64,000 nucleotides of DNA from Octopus vulgaris. Taxonomy: Eukaryota. Within the stretch, counting starts at the first letter, position 1, and the number at the start of each line of letters is the position of its first letter. A program made the translations under genes and the position numbers. This document shows positions 1 to 14,225 of the stretch, one piece after another. The stretch is taken from NCBI GenBank assembly GCA_951406725.2, contig OX597819.1, positions 132,060,001 to 132,124,000 of the forward strand, written 5' to 3'. A model generated the notes under the pieces. It was not told the DNA's origin. It saw only the letters and a list, made by a program, of their open reading frames with translations, and searched no databases.

Positions 1-19
1 GGGTCAGACACACAATGAT

Positions 20-470
20 TATATGACTTTTAAAATTTTACAAAATATAACGAAATCGAATGAAATACAAGGACAAAATACAAACATGAAGCGAAGCAGA
101 GAGATGGGTTACGCTCCGACCCCATGAGCCCCATTCTCCCACTGGAACCTTTGCATACAGACTTGTGACATGTTCATGAGGAATCTTTCATTCCCAGCAC
201 CCTCACAACATGCAACCATCTTTCTTTGACAGGCATCTTCTCTCCAGCCTCACCTTCATTCTAAGGTGAAAGATAAAAAATCTCACCAACCCGAGACCAG
301 AGATGGGGTTGCCCGTCGCCAAACCTTTCATTCACGACTTCCATTCCACCTCTTTCGCTATTGATGCTACTGCGAGAAAACATTGCTTACCTTCTTTCGT
401 GAGGAAATCTGTCAGGTCAATTTTTACGATTGACTCAGGCGACAGCTGTACCCTTCCCACGTCTGTTTTT
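20..470 (-). mobile_element. Decayed L1/Tx1-type LINE ORF2 C-terminus and 3' UTR
   Basis: FLAVASIAKEVEWKS*MKGLATGNPISGLGLVRFFIFHLRMKVRLERRCL resembles the Tx1/L1 ORF2 terminus; contains stops. Confidence 0.45.
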
Positions 471-1084
471 CCATGTTGGTATGGGTTGGACTCCTGGCAG
501 CCTTGATTCACAGCCACATTAGATAGTATTATAAACAAGGAATGGTCATACGATATTGATCTTTAAATTCCCAGTGATGTGTATTTGGAGTGATTCCAAA
601 CATTGCTTAGTCTCACATCTATTTATACTTTTATTAGTATCCGTTTACCTACACAGGTATTGCAATCAGTGGTGTGTGTGTGCATGTATTCCCACATGTG
701 GTGGGTAATGTTACTCTGGTACATCAGACATGTAGCATCATCATTTTCCAACATCCGCATCTCCATGCTTGCATCGGTCAGGCATGGTTTATCAAGGTTT
801 GATGCTCTTCCTGTTGCCAACCATTGCTGGTTTCCGCAGAATATTGCCAACAAACGACACTGCTTGTATGAGAGTGACACTCATTTACAACTATCACACG
901 ATGCCGTCAAAACAAGGAGGCACTGGTACCCATATTCAATGGGCTTCCTATCAGTTTCCATCTACCAAGTCCACCCACAAGCTTTTGCTTGGCCTGTGGG
1001 ACTGAACCTGAAACCTTGTGATTAGCAAGTCAACTTCTTCAGCCCACAGCAGGGTTACTACTTGCCCTCAGCTAGTTTTCAGAT

Positions 1085-1132
1085 AAAAACCAACAAACAA
1101 ATGGAGCAGGTTTTAATTTGAAATTCTTTATT
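1085..1132 (-). terminator. Polyadenylation site on the minus strand
   Basis: Minus strand reads AATAAA (1132-1127), then about 20-25 nt to a CA, then a GU-rich tract TTTGTTTGTTGGTTTTT (1101-1085). Confidence 0.55.
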
Positions 1133-3928
1133 ATATATATTTATATATATATTTTTTCCTTCTCAGTTTACAAACACGTTTACTTTGACAAATTTTTCTA
1201 CTAAAGACTTTAAAATATCTACTTGAGGAAGACTGAATCGAAGCTTGAAAATTGCTTTCTCCAAATTTTAGTCAAATCATTTAGTTTTGTAGATTATTTG
1301 CCAATTGAAGACAATAAATCCAGACTTGTCTCCACAAACATTTTATCAAAGAGTAACTTTGGCTTCAAATTCTTTACAATTCTGGACGTAGTTTAAAAAA
1401 ATAAAATCTATCTAAATACATGTCTTATGAAAAGAAAGAAAAAACAAAAATAAGGAGCAGGAGAGGGGGGCGTTTACAGGTTAATTAAGGAAGTAATTGA
1501 TAATTTTTTTTTTTATTAAACGGTCGAAATAAATCTGAATAATGTAAATGTATAAAAAACAAAAACAAAGCAAAACCGGATCCAGAAATTCAATGATTTA
1601 AGAGGATGGACGGCTACACACAGACTGGTAATGCGTATAAACACATGCATACATACATATATATATATATATATACATACACATACATATATTTATACCA
1701 CACAGAATATCAGCTTTAAAATAAAAAAAAAAAAGGAGTAATTAATGGCTAATCCTAAACGTCTTTCTTTTTATGGAGAATAAACATTTGTGAATGAAAT
1801 TCTCTCCGGCAATATTTACTCTGAGAGTTCTTTCTCCCTGAAAGTCTGCTGCTGGGAGAAAAAATAGAGAAGATTTAATTCTTGGAGATTGTTTGAACAA
1901 GGGGAGATAACCTCGGAAAACTGCCGACTACCAGGATGGAAGGGAGGTAACTTGTATTAGGAAAAGATCAACGTCAGAAATGGAAAGTGATCGATCGAAA
2001 TAGTAGACTGTGCGACTTCTCTGATCGGTGTCGGATCGATATCAGTTTTGTGTATGGGAATAAATATCTGGCTCTCATTCAAAAGAGGAATGCAAGAAAC
2101 TCTGATGGAATAGATTCCTACTCGCATTGCTCAGATGTCCGTTTACACAAGAATCGGGTTAAAAGCACCACAAAGTTACAACCTTTAAGAAAACAAAAAA
2201 CAGGGCTTTTCTAAATATTCTCAAAAAGATTCCATACCCTTTCCGTTTCCCCAGCAAGAAACTGGCTCTAACGTTTGTTAGGACAGGTTTTAACAGATAC
2301 ATCCGTTTAAATATTCTTAAAAATACACAATTATTCATTTTAGACTTGGCTGTTATTGTTTTAGTTTTTGGTAAGAAAAGCCAAATATTTTTAATGAGTT
2401 CAAATGAATATTTTTAATTGTGGATTTCAATCATAAATATCATAACAACAAAATCAAGAATTTAAAGAAATTTTAATGTTCATTACACACTTCACAATTA
2501 ATCAAACAAACCATTTTTAATTCCCAGCAACAAAACAGTTGTAGTGGCATTTCCATGCCTTGCACCAACGCAGTATATTGCAACAGGTGCCGTCTTTGAA
2601 TTCTGCAACCACAGACTGGATGGAAGGAGTCATCGACATGGACATACATTGACTGACAGAAGAAATAGCCGGGTCTTGGAATGGTAGAGCCACCACTTTA
2701 TAGGTTTTGATAATATATTTGGTTGGGTGACAAGAACTGAAACTCTCATTTTCAACTTTTGGCTGCAATTTGGAGAGGAACGTTTCCGTTTTGCCTGATT
2801 TTCTTTTTATGATTTGATGTAATGTAGAGGTCACTCTCACAAAAGAGGATCTCAAATAAAGCAAAAAGTTTTTTATTTGGAATGGAAAGAAGAAAATCCT
2901 TTTGAGCTCCCCCATGAACACACACACTTTCAGTTCCTCTTACAAAGCTTTGGGTCAGCCCCAGGATGTTGTAGAAGACACTGGCCCAAGATGCCACAAA
3001 GTGGGACTGAACTCAGAACCATGTGGTTGGGAGGCAAACTCCTTACGACACAGACACACCAGCACACATATGTGTGTGTGTGTGTGTGTGTATGCGAAAA
3101 TGTTGAGAAGGTGTGAGGGTTACAAACTTCAATAAAAAATCAAACTGGAACATTGGAAACGATTAAATGGAGGCAAAAATAGATGGAAATCCTTCCGTCA
3201 GCCATGGAGACCCAGATTATTACAAGTGCAGTTTTGGTGCATTTAAAGTCTGTAATCTGGGTCTCGTGGCTGACGGGAGGAGGCTTTCCGTCTTTCATTC
3301 TTGTTTCCACTAATTGTTTGCCATGTTGCATTTTCATTTGATAGTGACAGCAATGATGACATGTTGAAACTGACAAGAAAATGAAAGGCAGTCAACCGTG
3401 ACGAGAATGAATTTGGTATCATCCTTCAGCTAACAAAACCCTACGTTGACCAAAATAAAAGGGCAAATATCAAATACAAACTAATTACTAATTAGATTGT
3501 TTTAAAGAAATCTTGAGAACCCAGGAGACACTGAATGCTACCAAAAGAATTTCCGTATTTCCGAAATCCATGAGACATACTCAAGGGACATTTTCCAAGA
3601 GAGAAAGATAATACGTGAAGAATCAAACTTTTCCTGACCATCCAGAAGAAAAAAGCCGTTCCTAATTCCATAAAAAAGTGATGTTTGTGTGGAAGGCATG
3701 TTTGCAGCCAGTGTAGAAACAATTGGCTCACCTGGTGAGTGTCTGCCTCACCTGTCAGCTATGCACTTCTGGAATGGTAAAGCTAAGTTCTGTTGGAAGC
3801 TAGAGTCAGAAAGCCACAAGACACCTCCCAGTCCTGACACGGATTAGGAAGACAAGAGAAGTCTTGAACAAAGTGGTTACAACAATGGTAAAATCTCTGG
3901 AAAAGTTGAAATTAACTGGAATCAATAT

Positions 3929-4317
3929 TTACTCTTTTACTTGTTTCAGTCATTTGACTGTGGCCATGCTGGGGCACTGCCTTTAGTCGAGCAATTTGAC
4001 CCCAGGTTTTATTCTTTGAAAGCCTAGTACTTATTCTATCGGTCTCTTTTGCCGAACCGCTAAATTACGGGGATGTAAACACACCACCATCGGTTGTCAA
4101 GCGACATTGGAGGAACAAACACAGACACACAAACATATAAATATACATATATACGACGGGCTTCTTTCAGTTTCCGTCTACCAAATCCACTCACAAGGCT
4201 TTGGTCTGCCCGAGGCTGTAGTAGAGGACACTTGCCCAAGGTGCCACGCAGTGGGAATGAACCCGGAACCATGTGGTTGGTGAGCAAGCTACTTACCACA
4301 CAGCCACTCCTGCGCCT
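3929..4317 (-). mobile_element. Full-length tRNA-derived CORE-type SINE (family A)
   Basis: Head AGGCGCAGGAGTGGCTGTGTGG, CORE-like CCTTGGGCAAGT, internal (TA/TG)n, tail CCAGCATGGCCACAGTCAAATGACTGAAACAAGTAAAAGAGT. Confidence 0.9.
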
Positions 4318-4530
4318 ATTTGGTAAATATCAAAAATAATTTACATCGAAGACAAAATCCTGGTTTGCCATGAGTCGTAAGAAAGGAAGCGTTGAGCCGT
4401 CACAGAATCTCATATCAAGCAGCCATTCTGGTTGGCCAGTGAAAGTGAACAGACTTAAAAAACAATGGCAAATACCACGGAACAAACAGGCAGGCTCTGT
4501 CATGGACCAGACCACCACAAGGCAGATATT

Positions 4531-4955
4531 CTTTTCTACTGTAGGCACAAGGCCTGAAATTTCTGGGGAGGGTGGTGGGTGGGCAGTCGACTAGATTGAC
4601 CCCAGTACACAACTGGTACTTAATTAATCGATTCCGAAAGAATGAAAGGCAAAGTCGACCTTGGCGGAATTTGAACTCAGAACGTAAAGACAGACAAAAT
4701 ACGGCTAAGCATTTCGCCCAGTTTCTGCCAGAAGGCAGATATTGTGCATCCAAGAATCTTATGTCTTTATTGCCCACAAGGGGCTAAACAAGGACAAAGA
4801 TTTAAGTCGATTTCATCGACCCCAGTGTGTAACTGGTACTTAATTTATCGACCCCAAAAGGATGAAAGGCAAAATCAACCTCGGTGGAATTTTAACGTAA
4901 CGGCAGATGTAATAGCAAGAAGCATTTCGCCCAGCGCGCTGACGTTTCTGCCGGC
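4531..4955 (-). mobile_element. Two adjacent tRNA-derived SINEs (family B), each with a target-site duplication
   Basis: TSD AAGGCAGATATT (4519-4530/4732-4743) and TGCATCCAAGAATCTT (4745-4760/4956-4971); B box GAGTTCAAATTCC on the minus strand. Confidence 0.85.
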
Positions 4956-5477
4956 TGCATCCAAGAATCTTGTCTAAGGATTACCAACTACACCAACATT
5001 CAGCATGTTTTCATGGACTGGAAGAAATATTTTCACAGAGCATCCCAAAACCATCTCACAGGCAACCACAAAGAAATACAACATTGTCTGAGACAGCGGA
5101 GATATTGGTGATGGCAGTGCTGGTCATTGGTCCCATTACAACAACCGTTGAAATTCACCAACAACTCTTTAAATTCTTACAGGAACACTCCATGAATGCC
5201 ACACTGGAAGACCCAGAAGAAATGGTTATCATTAAATTGGAAGCACCATCACTAATCTTCATGTAACAGACAATAAGGACAACCAATATGGCTGCCAACT
5301 TTTTCCAAATATTACAATATCAATAATTGCTCTAAAAGAGATATTCTACTTTGGCTACAAAAGAATAACAGAGTTAGGGGGGAAATAGCAGGAAAAATTC
5401 TGTCTTGTTACTTTGTCAACATGAAAAATTACACATCGTAATCCTGAAGAGCAGGTGAGGAGGTAACGATAATTATA

Positions 5478-7335
5478 GTTTCAAATTTTGGCACAGGGCC
5501 AGCAATTTCAGTGGGGGTAATCAGTTACACTGACCCCAGCGCCCAGCTGGTATTTATTTTCTAATGAACCTGAAAGGACGAAAAGCAAAGTCGACCTTTA
5601 CAGAATTTGAATTCAGAATGTAAAGAAAGATGCAATGTTGCCAAGCATTGTGCCTGGCATTATTCTAACGATTCTGCCAGGGTTGCTGCTTTGCTAATGA
5701 TAATAATCCTTCCTACTGAAGGCAGAAGGCCTTGAAATTTGGGGGAGAGGGCACTAGTCAATTAGAAATGACTCCAGTACACAACTGGTACTTAATTTAT
5801 CGACCCCGAAAGAATGAAAGGCAAAGTCAACCTCGGCAGAATTTGAACTCAGAACATAGCGACAGATGAAACACTGCTTAGCATTTTGCCTGGCGTGCTA
5901 ACTGGTGTGCTAACGATTCTGCCAGCTCGTTGCTTTAATGATAATTATTATAATGATAAAGTGAATGTTGCACCACAATTTGGAGGTAAACAAAAAATCT
6001 GGACAATCGAACCGATGACGTGATATTGCAGCTTCTGTGCAGATGTCTTGACTTTGCTGCTGTTTTTGTGCAGCACTCATTGCAATCAACACGTTTATAG
6101 GTCACTAACGAGCAGCTTCTTAATTACTTGGAATATGGATGAAGATGGTGGTAAAAGTACGAGTCCTTCCTAAGAACTGAATGTCCCAAGAGAATATTGA
6201 AGATGGGTAACATTGAAAATATTGGACTGGACCGAGAGATTATTAGGAAAGACTTTGTTGATGAGAAAGGTTCTATTACTGAAATATTGGCACCGATGAG
6301 AGGGATGTGGTGCTGAGCACACCCTGGCATGGAACTAGTCCTTGTCAAAGAATACAATTAATGAAGACAGTTCTTTAGACATTGTTGACTTTCTAAAAGA
6401 GGAGATTAGCAAAACCAATAGTCTTGTATTAGTTCCAACAGACAGCATTGGCACCATCAGCTGGAACAGACAAAATGAATTGGAAAATGGGACAGACAAA
6501 ACAAAACAAAAGAAATTCTCTCAACAGGTTTTGCTATTATAAACTTAAATATGTCTGGAGATTCCAGAAGAGGAGACTCCTCCTCTTCCTCATACATAAA
6601 TATGAAACAGCAAATATCAATCATTCTCTAAAACGTTGCCGGTAGGGGGGAAGGAATGAAAAAAGGGCACACCATTTCCAAATGAAACAATGTGGGGTTC
6701 TAACCTGAAATGGGATTCAATTAAAATGTGGAAAGGAAAATTGAAAGCAGGATCTCCCAGCATCAGTTCTTGAGTTGCTTTATGAATAACAAGATGGCAT
6801 TTCCAAGAGATTGTTTTGGAGAAGAGAAATCGGAGCCTGACGTTTGAAGAAGACCAATTCCTTTCTGAGGTTGCTTTGGAAACGACTGGTTCAGATGCCA
6901 TGCAATGTAAACAATTGTATAACATGATGATGATGATGATGATGATAGTCTTTTCTACCCAGGGGACAGGGCCTGAAAAATTTGGAGGATGGGGTGAGTT
7001 GAGTACTTTGACCCCAGTACATGACTGGGACTTCTTTTACTGATTTGGAAACGACGAAAGTTGACCTCGGCCAACGTTTGAACTCAGAATATAAAGACAG
7101 ACAAAATGGCGCCAAGCAATTTTGCCAGCCGACCACCTTCCAATAATGGCACAAGGCCCGACACTGTGGGGTGGGGTGATTGCATTGACCACAGTACATG
7201 ACTGGTACTTAATTTATCAATCCTAAAAGGACGGAAGGCAAAGTCGACCTCAGTGGAATTTGAACCCAGAATGTAAAGGCTGAGGAAATGCCACGAAGCA
7301 TTTTGCCCAGAGTGCTAACGATTCTGCCAGCTCTC
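5478..7335 (-). mobile_element. Cluster of family B SINEs (~5478-5695, 5707-5935, 6948-7135, 7147-7335)
   Basis: Repeated GAAAGGCAAAGTCGACCTCGGCGGAATTTGAACTCAGAA core. Confidence 0.8.
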
Positions 7336-7342
7336 AGTTCTC

Positions 7343-7375
<33 letters not shown>

Positions 7376-7985
7376 TAATAATAATAATAATAATGAACCA
7401 AGCTGAAAGATATTGTTCAAACTATTAAAAGACAAACTCTCAATGAAGATTCATTAATTAGTCAATTTAATTGATTTACAGAATATGATGGGTTTACAAA
7501 GGTTTTAATTAACTGCAATGACATTCAAATTTCCATTTGTACATCTGTTAGTCACACACACACCCACCCACCAGTGATTTGCTCCAACTCTCAGACACAA
7601 GGTTTTGATTTCCTCTAATAAGGTGAACTATCTAAAAATAACATGCATTCATTTTGAAACTGGTGGAAAAGTTTTAACGAGATCTTGAAATTAAAGTTGA
7701 ATAATAGCCGTTAAAAAGTTTCTAAACAAGTTCTGTGAAATTATGAACAGAATTCTTCAATTCCGTTTAAAACTGGTTCTGTCAATGTTACCAAATAACG
7801 ATCCATTATTTATTGACAGCATTATTCTCCCAATATTTGGCTTTTGAAAGCTTAGGTTAATTGCTGTAAATGATTATAATAGTAATAATAATAATAAATA
7901 TTCTATAGTTTATAGATTAGAGACAGGTGCTCTCTGTACAGAAGACACTTTGTAGTGGTCAAGAGGCTTAAACTTGAGCAGGGAG

Positions 7986-8529
7986 AGGAGTAAATGGAAG
8001 CATAATTAAGGGAGGCCCAGTCGATATACAAGAAATATTAAATACATTTAATACAAAAAAAATGTATATATGTATAGATAAGTCCGACTTAGAAATGATA
8101 TCAGGAATTAAAAGGGTCCAACAGCTGTTTCTAGGGGGCTTGGTGATGCAAAATAATAATGATTGTAACTCAATTCCATCATTCCAGACAGAACGGAGTT
8201 TAAACATGGAATGAATTTGTGGAGAACTTAGGTGTATTAGAAAGAGGAGTTGGGGTGTGTGTGTGTTTATATAGCAAGTAGTGGGGTGAGGGAGGGAAAA
8301 TAGATTCAATAACGGAGCTAGTGATAGTAGGAGAGGTGTGTGTGGGGTGGTGGTGATGGTGGTTTAGGTAACATGTCCGTGATGACATTTGTCTTTAATT
8401 CCTCAAATCATTTCTATTCTGTTCCAAGTCAGACTTTTTTATACGTATTCATACTTTATGTATTAAATGCATTTCATATTGTTTCTATATCAACTCTTCT
8501 ACCTTGCTTATCCTTATATTTACTCCTAT
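7986..8529. repeat. Diverged inverted repeat (~130-140 bp arms)
   Basis: 7986-8115 aligns to the reverse complement of 8390-8529 (AGGAGTAAAT...CATTTAATACA...AAGTC[C/T]GACTT...AGAAATGAT...GGAATTAAA). Confidence 0.7.
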
Positions 8530-9676
8530 ACATATACATACACACACACATATATATGTACAATGTGGTTTTGAATACAATACTCCCCCCCACCACCTCC
8601 AGATTTAGACCTTGATGTTTTGTATTTAAATTCTTGCATTAAACAGGAGCAAATATGGCACGTGTTTGTGATTAGACACACACACACACACACACACACG
8701 TATATTAGTTGTGAAAATGAAGCACTCTTTTGTAAAATTGTGTGTTGCTCAAGAGGCAGAATTTCTTTTTTTAGAAATGATATTTTTGGCTTAGAATTAT
8801 TCAGAGGAAATTTACAAAAAATGTTGGAGACTTGAATATTATTTTTTCCCATGCAACATGCATCGTTCTGCCTAATTTTATCAACATCTAATCATTACAT
8901 CTTACATTTTGAAATTAAAAATTAAAAAAAAAACCAGACCAAGATATTGCAGGAATATAACAAATTGCACAAACTTACAAAACTTCTGATGAATGGCATT
9001 TGAAAAGAACAAAAAAAAAAAAACATGAAGAAATATTCCAATGGAACCTTATCATGGATAATATTTCTTTAGATTTAACAGACAATGGAATGTTTCAAGG
9101 ACAATTTGTAGAAGTCCAAAGTTTTTTTCTCTTCCGTTTGTTGAAAATTTCAAATATAAAACAAAGTTTTTTATTTTCTAAAATTGGAAAAAGACACAAA
9201 CAGAAATTGAAATTCAATAAGAAAAAAAAAATGGTAAAAATAAGCTAAAACATTAATTAAAATTTCAATTTCAGTAACCATTTTTTTTCCATTGAAACTT
9301 TTGAACTAAAACAGATACAGTTTATAATTTAGAACATTTCTTTCGAGTTTGTGTTTTGTTTTCTGAAAACATTTGGAATTTCTTTTTGATATGAAATTTC
9401 AAATCATTGAGAAAAAAGACAAAAACAAAAATATAAAGTAATAAATGTAAAATAAAAAATAGGATTGTCCATCTTTTGAAGAATTGGTTGACATTTAAAA
9501 GAATAAAAAAGGGGGTTTTTCAAAGCACAAGAAAGGGGTTTTAGTGCTCAACAAAAAGTTGAATTTAATATCAAACCTTTGTACTGAACTTAAAAGCCAT
9601 GCTGTTTAAAACAGAAAGAATCTTTTATACAAGATTCACAGAAAATGGTTCCTTTTCTCATTATCATCATTATTAA

Positions 9677-10690
9677 TGGTGGCAAGCTGGCAAAGTTGTT
9701 GGCACAGCACACAAAACTGTGCTTAGCACCATTTTGTCTGTCTTTACGTTCAAAGTTAAAATTCTGCTGAGACTGAATTTGCTTTTCATCGTTTCAAGTT
9801 TGATAATTTAAGTACCAGACATGTACTAGGGGTGATGTAATCGACCAGCCCGTGTCTTCTGGTATTTCTTTTTTACAATAGGACAAAATTTATATTATTT
9901 GCTCTCAACCCAATTCAGACCCTGTGCCCATTCTAGAAAGGATTATTATTATTATTATTATTATGACAAACAAGGTCCAGTGGAATTTGTCTGCTGAGTG
10001 TATGAAATAGTTATAATTATTTCTACTATAAGCAGAAAATCTGAATATTTGAGGGAGAGGGCTAAGCTGATTCCATTGACCCCCAGTGTGTCACAGGTAC
10101 TTTGGTTTTTATTGCTTCTCAAAAGGATGAAAGGCAAAGTTCAACTCAGAAGTTAAAAAAAAACCCAAAAAACGGAAAGAATTGCTGCCAAGCACTTTCG
10201 GTTCAACCCCCAGTGAGCCTGCCGCCGGCTCAATGCTTTCAATAATAGTCCTTTTTATTATAGGCACAAGGCCTGAAATTTGGGGGGAGGGGGAGAGTCG
10301 CTTACTTTGAACCCCCGTCACCCCCAGTACATGACTGGTACTTATTTCATCGACCTCAAGAGGATGAAAGGCAAAGTTGACCACAGAAGGTAAAGATGGG
10401 CAAAAGAACTGCATTTTGCCCAGCATGCTTAACGATTCTGCTAACGATTCTGTCAGCTTGTCTTAATGGTAACAAACAATCCTTTTTACTCTAGGCACAA
10501 GGTCTGAAATTTTGGCAGAGGGGGGGGGACTTGTCAATTACATCGACCCTAGTGTCTCACTGGTACTTAATTTATCGACCCCGAAAGAATGAAAGGCAAA
10601 GTTGACCTTGGTGGAATTTGAACTCAGAACACAAAGATGCACGAAATGCCGCTAAGCATTTCGTCCATCACGCGACCGATTCTGCCAGCT
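9677..10690. mobile_element. Family B SINE cluster: one plus copy (~9677-9945) facing three minus copies (~10020-10690)
   Basis: Same core sequence present in both orientations. Confidence 0.75.
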
Positions 10691-10724
10691 TAATGATAAT
10701 AATAACTGATTTAAGGATTTAGAC

Positions 10725-10725
<1 letters not shown>

Positions 10726-10758
<33 letters not shown>

Positions 10759-10793
10759 GAGATAGAGAGAGAGAGGGAGAGAGAGAGAGAGAG
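10726..10793. repeat. (GA)n microsatellite
   Basis: Visible directly. Confidence 0.95.
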
Positions 10794-12156
10794 ATGAATT
10801 AAAGGACATTGAATAATTTAGTTTCTAGAATGTTGTAAATATTTCTTTAGAAATCTTGAAATATTTCCCTTGATGAGTTTAGAAAGACGGGGGGAAAAAA
10901 TAGTTGTGTCATTATTTTCCTTGATATGAAGAGTAAAAAATTCTTGATTGCAGAACATAGAAATTGGTGTAAAAGTATAAAGAGGGTGGAGTTTTATGTT
11001 GGCATTTATTGGAAATAAATTTAGGAATCCTTGAAAGAGGAAACTAAATACAGGAATGCATTTAATCTGGTGGCGCTTGACCATTTTCTGACCATTTCTA
11101 CAAGTTTTCCACTTTGTCAGGACACAATGCTAACTTTGGGTGTGCAAGGGGCAGGGCAATTGAGTCAATGCAAGAATATTGAAGAATTAAACATGGCAAA
11201 ACTTTTATTCTTCAGTTCAATCTTTTACAGTTGCTGCGCCAAATATAACAAAAAACAAAAAAAAAAAAACGTGTGTGGAGATAACAGGCATGGCTGAATG
11301 GTTCAAGAAGTTTGCTTCTGAAGCACGTGGTTTTGGGTTCAGTTCCATTGCATGGCACCTTGGGGGGAAATGCTTTCTACCATAGCCTTGGGTTAACCAA
11401 AGCGTGTTGTGGCAAGTGTGTGTGTGTGTGTGTGTGTATACACACGCACTTACTTACACAGGTATGTCTGTTTGTCTGCATATTTACATTTGTGCTTCTC
11501 TGAAAATCGGTAAGTTACAAGCAGAGACACTCTACTGGTTTTGTGTCTTTGAAAATATGTGGAATAATAAGAGAACCCTTACTTGAAAAACAGGTAAGGT
11601 TTGGCAACAGGGAGGGCATCTGACTGGAAGAACAAACTTACAATAAGGTTTGAACCAGAAAAACAAAAAACAAAACAAAAAACAAGTAAACATAAACAAG
11701 AAATATTTAAAAATATGGAAACGATTTTATATAATTTGAAAATTTAACCACAAGTTTAAATTATAAACCAACAATTTTAAATTAATTATACTCATTAATT
11801 TTTCATAGAATACTATAAAATTTAAATTATTACTTTTTAAAACAAGCAAAAAAGCAATAACTTCCAAGATAAACTTATCCATTTCTGAGCAGATTTCTTA
11901 CAAGTTTCAATTAATTTCCAAAATATAAAAAAAAATGGAAGGATTTAAAAATTTTTTTAATTGCAAACTACACTGGAATTTCTGTATTATTTATTCAAGA
12001 AGCAGCGAGATTTTGGTCAAGATTTTAATCTGAAGTATTTAGAGTGAATGGTGCCATAAGACCAGCATTGTTTAGGGAAACTGATAAAGTTATTAAGCAT
12101 TGCGTCAAGAGTCTTTGGAAACTCAGAATAATTGGCAGCTAAACTACATTCTAAAT

Positions 12157-12485
12157 CAGTGATACCCAACCGAGGGTCTACTCAACTGGGGTCTACTCAG
12201 CTGGGGACTATGCAAGTAAAATAGTAAATTTGAGATGCACAGAAGTATATTAAGGGTCCATAACAAGAATTTTTGCTTCAGAAGGATTTCTTACAAGAAA
12301 CGGCTTTGAGGTTTCCTTCTCAAATGTTTGACATAATTCAATCTGTACAAGTGAATAACAAAAGAGGAATTTTGAAAGAATTCTCTCAAAAGCTAGTTTT
12401 TAAACATGGAATGGCTGTGGACGTCCACCAGAATAAACTAGCAATCGAAGGGGTCCATAGACCAAAAAATGGTTGAGAAGCACTG
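12157..12485. mobile_element. hAT-like MITE remnant
   Basis: CAGTGATACCCAACC ... GGTTGAGAAGCACTG terminal inverted repeats. Confidence 0.55.
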
Positions 12486-13782
12486 TTCAAAGACATTTCT
12501 ACGGTGAATAAAGGAAGTAATTTAGAGACATTATTTGGTGTGGAGTGACACAGCAACTTGCAACAGGGAAACAATATTTCCATCTGGCAGCAGTTCCATA
12601 TTCCGCTTCAGGCACCTGTTACCATTCCTGGTTCTATGATACAAACTTCCCATTTTAAATTAAAAGCTTCCCTCAAAAATCCTCGTTAATTTAATGTATC
12701 AAACACTACTTTAAAAACGATAAAGTTATTTTAGAAAAAATTTTCAAAATTAATTGAAACAAAAGCATTGGGTCTCAAGAGAAGTCTGGTAGGAGAAGGG
12801 TTTCAGCCTCATTCAGCTTTTGGTGAATGAATCACAGACAAATATTCTTTATTAAATGAAATGGTTAAGTCTACTGCTGTCCCTATTCCACAGAGATTTT
12901 GTAGATTTATCTTGCAGCAGATGTAAGCCTGTGATATGGGGGGAGTGGGGCCAGGGACATGGAGAGTTCCCTAACCAATTCCACTCAAATATCAAAAAAC
13001 AATTCTTATACAAGTTTGGGGATTAATTTTCATCAAGGAAGGGCCAAATGGTTTCCCAATTTGTTTTATATTTTGTAAAGATTATCTGAATAAAGAGGGG
13101 ACAGAAGGGACATTATTAAACTAGTGTTACTCGTTGGATATACACATTCACGGACGCTCAAAGAATAGAAAATAATTTTGTTATCAAGTTTTATAACTGG
13201 AAAAAATCAGCCGAGAAAAAAAACAAAAAAACTCACAGAAGCTGATAGAAAAAGAAAAAAATTGGCAGTTTTATATTATTTGAAATCATATAAAAATGGA
13301 CAGGAATGTGATATACTTTTTGCTTCTGGCAAAAAATGGTGAAAGTAGGTAAAACTATACAAATAATCTTGGTTTTTGTTTTGACAAAAATGGTGACATT
13401 TCTTTGTGAAGAATAAATGAAAAAAGAAAAAGAAAAAAAGAATATAGTTGGGAATTTCTCTAGATTTTCTGCGGGGGAGAAAAAAATACCTTTTCTTTCT
13501 CTTTTACATAAAAAAGAAAATGTTTCTTGTTTAACGAGAATCTCAAATTGTTTTTTTATCAAAATCATTCATAAAAATTTTGCAATTTCAAATATCACAA
13601 AGAGAAGCAAATTGAAGCAAATATTATATATACATATGATTATACGATATAAAATTTATACTATTTGTTATAACAATATAAACAACATCGGCAATAACAA
13701 CAAACAATAACTACAAACATAAAAACAAACTCTTCACTTAGATCACATCTGATCTGTCTTGATAATAATAATGATAATAATA

Positions 13783-14225
13783 ATCCTTTATATTATAAGC
13801 ACAGGGCCTGAAATTTTGGGGAAGGGGGGTTTAGTAGATTATATTGATCCCAGTGCTCTACTGGGGCTTATTTTATTGACCCCGAAAAGATGAAAAGCTA
13901 AGTTGATGTTGGCAGAATTTGAACTCAGAACCTAACAGATGACATGCCGCTAAGCATTTTGCTCAGCGTGCTAACGATTCTGCCAGCTCGCTGCCTTAAT
14001 AATAATAATAATAATAATAATTTCAAATTTTGACACAAGACCAACAAGTTGATAACACCAACCCCAGTACAAGGCTGGTACTTTATTTTATCAGCTCTGA
14101 AAAGACAAACGGCAAAGCTGACCTTGGCGATTTTTGAATTGAGAACAAAGTGTTAAGAGCTGGAAGAACAATGGTACCAAGCATATTGTTTCAGGTGCTA
14201 ATGATTCACTCAGTTTGCCGCCTTG
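13783..14225 (-). mobile_element. Two tandem family B SINEs
   Basis: Family B core separated by (AAT)n. Confidence 0.75.

Noticed and set aside
2517-2927. 136-aa minus-strand ORF as a possible further exon or gene
   Set aside because: No recognisable motif, begins in a SINE remnant, and has no consistent splice partners.
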